Shown piece by piece: positions 58,502-64,000 of a DNA stretch of 64,000 nt. This DNA is from Gemmatimonas sp. (GTDB lineage Bacteria; Gemmatimonadota; Gemmatimonadetes; Gemmatimonadales; Gemmatimonadaceae). The stretch lies in contig OZ257156.1 in the NCBI GenBank assembly GCA_965279375.1, forward strand, positions 1,312,001-1,376,000. Reading direction: 5' to 3'. The notes below the pieces were generated by a model that ran no database searches, was not told where the DNA came from, and worked only from the letters and a program-made list of their open reading frames with translations. Each line of letters starts with the position of its first letter. Positions within the stretch are counted from its first letter, which is position 1. Both the position numbers and the translations under genes were made by a program.

Positions 58502-58612
58502 GCCTAACCTTGCGTTGCTGCCAACAGGGCTAGCAAGAATTGCGGCCCTATTCGCTGCGCTCACTGGTCGCATCCCGTTGCAGGGCCCTGCTGCCGAATG
58601 CAATCGTTAGGC
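58502..58612 (+). repeat. attC site, family A
   Basis: GCCTAAC...GTTAGGC. Confidence 0.9.
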
Positions 58613-58860
58613 AGATTTCCATAGCTCGTGGCAACGACTCTCGCTGTTGCTCGAGGCGCCGCGCCGAGCCGAACAGCGTTCCAGAGCCAGCCACTGGTAT
58701 GCAGGGCGGGCGCGGCACGGGGCTGACCGTGTGATGGTCGGTGGACGGCGCGGGTCGCGACCGCGCCATTGCGTGTACAGATTGCGACACCGTCATCGTG
58801 CACCGGCCGCGATGCACCCGCCTTCGCGCGGATACCCACGTTCAATCGATCGTGCTCCCG

Positions 58861-59976
58861 ATGTCCGCTCTCCTCCTATTGGCGTCGCTGCTCGCCTCCG
58901 CTCCGCCGTCGGCTGCCCGTCCCGCGGCGGACTCGGTGCAGACCCACCTGCAGCGGCTCGCCGACAGCGTCGTCGCCGCGAGGCCGCGCATGCCCGGGAT
59001 CATCATTGCAGTGGAGCAACAGGCCACGGGCCAGCGATGGAGCGTGGCGGCGGGCCTCGCGGATACGGCGCGGAAGATCAGGCTCACCCCCGACCAGCCG
59101 GTGCGACTGGCGAGCAACACGAAGACGTACACCGCTGCCGCGGTGCTGCGGCTCGTGGAAATGGGACGGCTTGCGCTCAGCGATCCGCTGACCAAGCATC
59201 TGCCGCCGTCCATCGATTCTCTCCTCCGCGGAGATGGCTACGCGACGGATCGCATCACCATCGAGTAGGTACTGAATCACCGGGCGGGATTCAATGAACA
59301 CCCCGCCGTGCGAAGCTTTCTAACAAAGCTGTGCACCGATCCGCAGCATCACTGGACGCCTCGCGAGCAGCTGCAATGGCTGGTGGATAGTCTGGCGCCG
59401 GTGGGGCCGCCTGGAGCGCAGTTCCGCTATTCGGACGATGGCTACGTGTTGCTGGGGCTGATCGTCGAGCGCCTGAGCGGGAAGCCCCTCGGCCCCGCGG
59501 TGCGGTCGCTCGTGCGTTTCGACAAGCTGGGGCTGCGCCATACCTGGTGGGAAACGTTGGAGCCGGCACCCGCCGGAGAACCTGACCGGGCGCACCAGTA
59601 TCTCGGTGGGCTCGACGCGTACGGCATCGACCCCTCCTTCGACCTATTCGGCGGCGGCGGCATTGTGGCGCCAATGGCTGACCTCGCGCATTTCCTCACC
59701 GCGCTGCTGAACGGACAGGTGTTCGAGAAGCGAGAGACGCTGGACACCATGATGCGTCCGCGGAGCCCGGAGATGAACGGGTATGGCATGGGCCTCTTCG
59801 GCTCAACGGTGGGCGGCCTGACGGGGCGTGGCCATAGTGGCTTCTGGGGCACGACTGCGATGGTGTTCCCGGACGCGGGGGTGACGATCGCGGTCGCCAT
59901 CACGGATCAGGGCGAGTTTCGACAAGCGAACGCCGTGCTGGGCGCGGTGCTGAAGGTGTTGGAGGCCAATCGGTAA
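58861..59976 (+). pseudogene. Serine hydrolase (D-Ala-D-Ala carboxypeptidase / beta-lactamase-like) interrupted by one in-frame TAG
   Basis: ASNTK...ITIE*VLNHRAG...YSDDGY...GHSG in a single frame; TAG at 59266-59268. Confidence 0.85.
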
Positions 59977-60242
59977 AGCACCAGGTGCGCGGCAGCATCC
60001 GCCGCGCGAACCCGGACCATCGACAAGCGCGTCGAATCCTGCGTGACGAATGGCCGTGGCGAGCGCGCTTCGCCCACCGACGACCAACGGCGAGCGGTAC
60101 TACCTCGAATACCCCAAGGCGTCGTGCTACGGCCGCGCCGTCTCCCGAGTCGTCTCGCGGATCTGCCTCACGATCGTCACAGCCGGCGAGGACCTAAGTG
60201 ATTGCGCATGCTGTATGCGCCCGCCTGACTCGTCGTTGATCT

Positions 60243-60272
60243 GCCTAACCTCGCGTTGGTGCAGTCGGCCGC
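60243..60272 (+). repeat. Truncated attC (left half only, family B)
   Basis: GCCTAACCTCGCGTTGGTGCAGTCGGCCGC matches the 31394 site from CTAAC onward, then diverges; no R'. Confidence 0.75.
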
Positions 60273-60476
60273 GGACGGTGACCGCGGTGACGTGACGGGG
60301 CGGCCATCACCGAGGCGCAGTGCGCGGGTCCCCGGCCCGCGGACGCATCGGTCGAGCCCCTCAGGGTCGGCTCGGCGGGACGTGCCGCAACCCTCGCGTG
60401 CCCGTGGGTGTCTACTGTGGACCGCACCGGGACCGTGCGGTCACTCCCGTTCCGACGCCAACCACCGCGGCCACGC

Positions 60477-61556
60477 ATGATTCGACGCTCCGCGCTTCTC
60501 CTTGCCACCTTGCTCGTCGCGAGCGGACTCTCGTCATCGGCCGTGCGCGCGCAGCCAGTCCGCGTCGTCTATCGCGAAGCGGCGGATGCGTTCGAGATTC
60601 TCGACCACGTGAGTAACTGGTGGCCGGGGTACAACGAGCCGCGGTATCAGCAGTTTTGGGCGGACTCGATTGGCGTCCAACCCGGCGACTCCATCCAGTT
60701 CGCGCGGTACGCCGCCTTGCGCGAGACGTACTACGACAAACGCGGGCAAGGGAACAGTCAGCCTCGCCGTGATGGCAGCGGGCTCTTCACGGATCGCCTC
60801 GCCGTGCAGGCGGATCCCCTCGCGGCCGCCTTCTACGAGGCGGAATCCATCCCGGAGGCCATTGCGTCCCTCGGCAGGCTCTTGACCGCGAACGAACAGG
60901 CCTTCCTGACGGCCTTCTATGCGCATTTTCGCTCTCGGATCGCACCGCTGCTTCGCCAGACGCGCGAACGCACCGCAGCGTCGCGCGCCGCGACCGCGAG
61001 CACGCTCCAGGCGCCGGAGGTCGCGCAGTATCTGACACAGGTCCGGCGCTGGTTCGGCGTCGATAGTGTACCCTTCACGGCCCTCTACGTGTGGTGGCCC
61101 GACTCGTCCCGCACATCGGCGAATCCCCATGGCGTGCATCTCGTTCTCCGAGTCCGTCCCAGCGCCGCGGACACCGTGAACAACGCCGATGTCGTGGCGC
61201 ATGAAGTCGTGCATGTGTTCGCCGCCACCATGGATTCGGCGCGCCAACGCACGCTCAGCACGACGCTGCTGGACGGATGCGCGGTGCCCGCCGGCGTGCG
61301 CCGGCTTGCGGTGCTCGAAGAGCCCATCGCTACTGTCCTCGGCAATATGGAGTTCCGGCGCCGATTTGCGCCGCGTCGGTTTCAGTGGAGCCGGCAATGG
61401 TACGGGGACGACTGGGTTGAGCTGCTCGCGCGCCTCTTGTATCCCGTGATCACGTCGGCCCTGAGCACCGAAACGCCCATTGGCGCGGCCTTCACACGGG
61501 ACGCGACCGCGATGTGCGCGCTAGCCGCGCGGGCGCGACGCCCCCAGGCGCCGTGA
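60477..61556 (+). CDS. Secreted HEXXH metallopeptidase-like protein
   Basis: Signal peptide; VAHEVVH with downstream LEE. Confidence 0.7.
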   Translation: MIRRSALLLATLLVASGLSSSAVRAQPVRVVYREAADAFEILDHVSNWWPGYNEPRYQQFWADSIGVQPGDSIQFARYAALRETYYDKRGQGNSQPRRDGSGLFTDRLAVQADPLAAAFYEAESIPEAIASLGRLLTANEQAFLTAFYAHFRSRIAPLLRQTRERTAASRAATASTLQAPEVAQYLTQVRRWFGVDSVPFTALYVWWPDSSRTSANPHGVHLVLRVRPSAADTVNNADVVAHEVVHVFAATMDSARQRTLSTTLLDGCAVPAGVRRLAVLEEPIATVLGNMEFRRRFAPRRFQWSRQWYGDDWVELLARLLYPVITSALSTETPIGAAFTRDATAMCALAARARRPQAP

Positions 61557-61657
61557 GGTCAGGCGGGGGCGCTGCACACGCACCGCCGGCGGGGCGGCGT
61601 GAGACGGCGCTGCCGCGGAGGGCCGATGCCCGCATCACCGGCCGTCGGAGCGACCAA

Positions 61658-61692
61658 TTGAAGGGCCTTGCGAGCGAACTCGCTCGTTGAGT
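61658..61692 (+). repeat. Degenerate attC (right half only, family A)
   Basis: TTGAAGGGCCTTGCGAGCGAACTCGCTCGTTGAGT; no upstream TAAC. Confidence 0.7.
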
Positions 61693-61708
61693 GGCAGCTC
61701 TCCGTGCC

Positions 61709-62464
61709 CTACCTCGGTGCTCGCACCTGCCGGATGACGTTGGCGAGCACCTCGGGCTGCTCCTTCTGGATGTAGTGCCCCGCTTTGGGCACGGGTTCCA
61801 GCTGCGCCGCCCCGGTCAGCCGCAGCCAGCTGGCGGCCAGCTTCGTGTCCAGCCGGAGGAGTTGTTCGCCTCCCGCGGGATCACCGACGCTTCGGATGAG
61901 CACGCGCACGGGATACGCGACGGTGTCTGCGGGGAGTGCGTCGAGGCACTGTTCCTGCGCATCAAACTCGCGCTTCATCGTGCCCGAGAAGGTGACCTTC
62001 TTGACGAGTCGCAGCAGCCGAGCCGCGGCGGGCATCTCGCGCTGCATGGCGGCCCAATGCCCGAGCGGGGTTGCATCCACGAGGACGAGCCCGGCGACGT
62101 CGTCCGGATAGCGACGGGCGTACGCATAGGCGTACTGCCCACCCAGCGAGTGGCCGACGAGGACGAACGGAGGTGCGTGCCCCGTCGCGTGCAACTGCGC
62201 ATGGAGTTCGCTGGCCACCGTGCAGGGATCGCGCGGCGCGCTACTGGCCGGTCGCGCGCCGTAGCCCGGGCGATCGTATGCCACCACGCGGATACTGTCA
62301 CCCAGCTGCTGGATGGTCGGCCGCCACACGCGCGCATCGTCGCCGAGTCCCGCGATGAACACGACCGTCGGCGCCGCCGTAGGCGGTTGGGCGGCCAGCG
62401 GTGCGGCGGCGCCGCACATCGCCAGGAGCGTCAGGACGAGCGGGGTACGACAGGGATGCGGCAT
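61709..62464 (-). CDS. Alpha/beta fold hydrolase
   Basis: YDRPGYG, LVGHSLGG, GLVLVDA, AGHYIQ. Confidence 0.92.
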   Translation of the reverse strand: MPHPCRTPLVLTLLAMCGAAAPLAAQPPTAAPTVVFIAGLGDDARVWRPTIQQLGDSIRVVAYDRPGYGARPASSAPRDPCTVASELHAQLHATGHAPPFVLVGHSLGGQYAYAYARRYPDDVAGLVLVDATPLGHWAAMQREMPAAARLLRLVKKVTFSGTMKREFDAQEQCLDALPADTVAYPVRVLIRSVGDPAGGEQLLRLDTKLAASWLRLTGAAQLEPVPKAGHYIQKEQPEVLANVIRQVRAPR

Positions 62465-62622
62465 GGGAGCGACTGCAAGAGGGCGCTGGGCACACGTCGT
62501 CTGGGACGCTACCCCACGCCGGAGGCCGGGGTCCCGCGCCGCGCCCGCGCCGGTGAGGTGGGGATGTCCGCGACGCGCTCGTGCGGCATCAGGTGGCGGC
62601 GATCCGATCGGCGTCCGCTGCC

Positions 62623-62733
62623 ACCTAACCTTGCGTTGCGCTTGACAGGGCCTCGAAGAACTACGGCCTTGCTCGTTGCACTCGCCGGCCGCAACCTATG
62701 GTCGGTCCCTGCAGCAGAACGCAATCGTTAGGC
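62623..62733 (+). repeat. attC site, family A
   Basis: ACCTAAC...GTTAGGC. Confidence 0.9.
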
Positions 62734-62755
62734 AACTCACTCCGAGGAATGACCG

Positions 62756-63286
62756 ATGTCGAATGAGACTCTCCCGACGACCCCGCAGCTCCTCGCGCGC
62801 TTCGCCGCGAGCTGCGTCTCCGTGTTTGGCGGCCTGATGGCGGCCATGACGGTGGCCTCACCGCGCGGCCTCACCATGAAGTCCGCCAAGGTCGCTGCGA
62901 TTGAGGTCGCCATGATTGTGGCCGGGTACGCGATTACCAAGTACTGGCTCCCGCGTCGACGCGGCGTGATCACGGGCTCCCCGCGCTCGCACGTGGTGGC
63001 CGGCCTCAGCGCGCCGCTCGTCCTTGGGGCGCTGTCGACGCAGGTGCAAGGCGTGAGCACGGTGGGGATCGCGGCACTCAGCGCGGCCACCGGCACGACC
63101 CTCGCGCTCGCCCATTGGCTCCTAACTCGTCGACCGCCTCGCGCCCCGCAGCCGACGCTTGAGGAGCGCGAAGAAGCCGCGGAGCTCGCACTCGCGCGAG
63201 CGTTGGCCGAGGTGGAGGGGAAGCGCGATGTGATCCCACTGGCGCGACCAGAGCGGACGCGGGACTCGCGCGGACGCGTCGCCTAG
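62756..63286 (+). CDS. 4-TM membrane protein
   Basis: GAGG upstream; four hydrophobic segments; acidic C-terminal tail. Confidence 0.65.
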   Translation: MSNETLPTTPQLLARFAASCVSVFGGLMAAMTVASPRGLTMKSAKVAAIEVAMIVAGYAITKYWLPRRRGVITGSPRSHVVAGLSAPLVLGALSTQVQGVSTVGIAALSAATGTTLALAHWLLTRRPPRAPQPTLEEREEAAELALARALAEVEGKRDVIPLARPERTRDSRGRVA

Positions 63287-63475
63287 CGCCCTGCCTCCAT
63301 CCTTCGTCGGCCATCGGGTGCGACGGGTGCACTCGGTACGTCGCGGCCGGAAACGTGCGACGTCGCGACGCTCGCGTGGCCGTGCATCGACGACACGGAC
63401 GCTGGCGCGTGTGCGACGCCTCGGCGTGTCTGACGCATGCTGGCGGACGATGCGGGGCCGGGGGATGACCAAGTT

Positions 63476-63588
63476 GTCTAACAGCGCGTTGCTGCTGGCA
63501 TGGCCTTCACAGAGTGCGGCCAATTGCTCACTGCGGTCGCCAGCCGCAGTTTATGACAGGGCCCTGCAGCCGAACGCAATCGTTAGAC
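63476..63588 (+). repeat. attC site, family A
   Basis: GTCTAAC...GTTAGAC. Confidence 0.9.
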
Positions 63589-63642
63589 CGCGGCCGGGTC
63601 CTGTGGTGACCAGGTAGAATGCCTTCGCGCTGGAGACTCCGT

Positions 63643-64000
63643 ATGTCGCCGATCGTCGACTCCATCCGCGCCGAGTACGAACGCTACCAGGCGTTGGCGG
63701 AGCGCGCGCTGGCCCAAGTACCGGACGCGCTCCTGAGTGCGCCCGGTCCCGGCGGCGGGAACTCGCTGACGGTCATTGCGTGGCATCTCACCGGCAACCT
63801 GCGCTCGCGCTTCACGTCGTTCCTGACCGAGGATGGCGAGAAGCCGTGGCGCAATCGCGAGGAGGAGTTTGCCGCGCGCGTGGTGTCGCGCGAGGAACTG
63901 CACACGCACTGGACCGCCGGGTGGGCGACCCTGTACGACGTGCTCACCACGCTGACGGATGCCGATCTGCAACGGACGGTCACCATTCGTGGGCAACCGC
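63643..64000 (+). CDS. DUF1572/DinB-family protein (partial, runs off window; not in ORF track)
   Basis: My translation: MSPIVDSIRAEYERYQALAERALAQV...NSLTVIAWHLTGNLRSRFTSFLTEDGEKPWRNREEEF; GGAG RBS. Confidence 0.85.
   Translation, partial: MSPIVDSIRAEYERYQALAERALAQVPDALLSAPGPGGGNSLTVIAWHLTGNLRSRFTSFLTEDGEKPWRNREEEFAARVVSREELHTHWTAGWATLYDVLTTLTDADLQRTVTIRGQP

Larger units (their letters stand above)
64..64000 (+). mobile_element. Integron gene-cassette array (about 47 cassettes; no intI or attI in window; open at both ends)
   Basis: 46 intact co-oriented attC sites with R''(RYYTAAC-like)-5 nt-L''...L'-6 nt-R'(GTTRRRY-like) layout, separated by 0.5-3.5 kb units of 1-3 genes; cassette ends are reverse complements of each other. 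Confidence 0.96.

Noticed and set aside
44904..59976. Calling the serine hydrolases or the RibD/DHFR-like gene antibiotic-resistance genes
   Set aside because: Motifs give only superfamily membership; they do not look like classic bla or dfr cassettes
64..63588. CRISPR array, REP/BIME or terminator interpretation of the repeats
   Set aside because: Repeats are over 100 bp, separated by whole genes, carry R/L box structure with cassette-specific end matching, lack U-tracts, and no cas genes are present
1..64000. Integron integrase, attI, rRNA or tRNA genes
   Set aside because: No tyrosine recombinase motifs or RNA gene structures recognised in the window

Overview
Almost the whole 64 kb window is one integron gene-cassette array. 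I count 46 intact attC sites (about 104-121 bp, all on the + strand, two sequence families) and two broken half-sites, separating about 47 cassettes. The cassette interpretation is supported directly: the GTTRRRY-type core at the start of nearly every cassette is the reverse complement of the inverse core at its end, often over 10-14 bp. No integrase or attI is visible, so this is either the interior of a large sedentary chromosomal integron or a CALIN. High GC and the secreted cargo families suggest Gemmatimonadota (inference). Cargo includes five toxin-antitoxin cassettes and a Fic gene. It also includes many visibly lower-GC conflict/defence-like genes: OLD-type ATPase-TOPRIM, HD-CE+HSP90-like ATPase, Mrr-like, SIR2-like, SRA-like-HNH, a Ser/Thr kinase with a CTG start, DUF4145, an RxxxxH+TPR two-gene cassette, a DUF6615 two-gene cassette and an unknown binding-protein-domain cassette. 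The rest are secreted hydrolases, a BlaI-M56-serine hydrolase operon, ccmCD, a P450, three duplicated cassettes, an IS481-family element and an amber-interrupted gene. Family calls come from motif recognition only; no database search was run.
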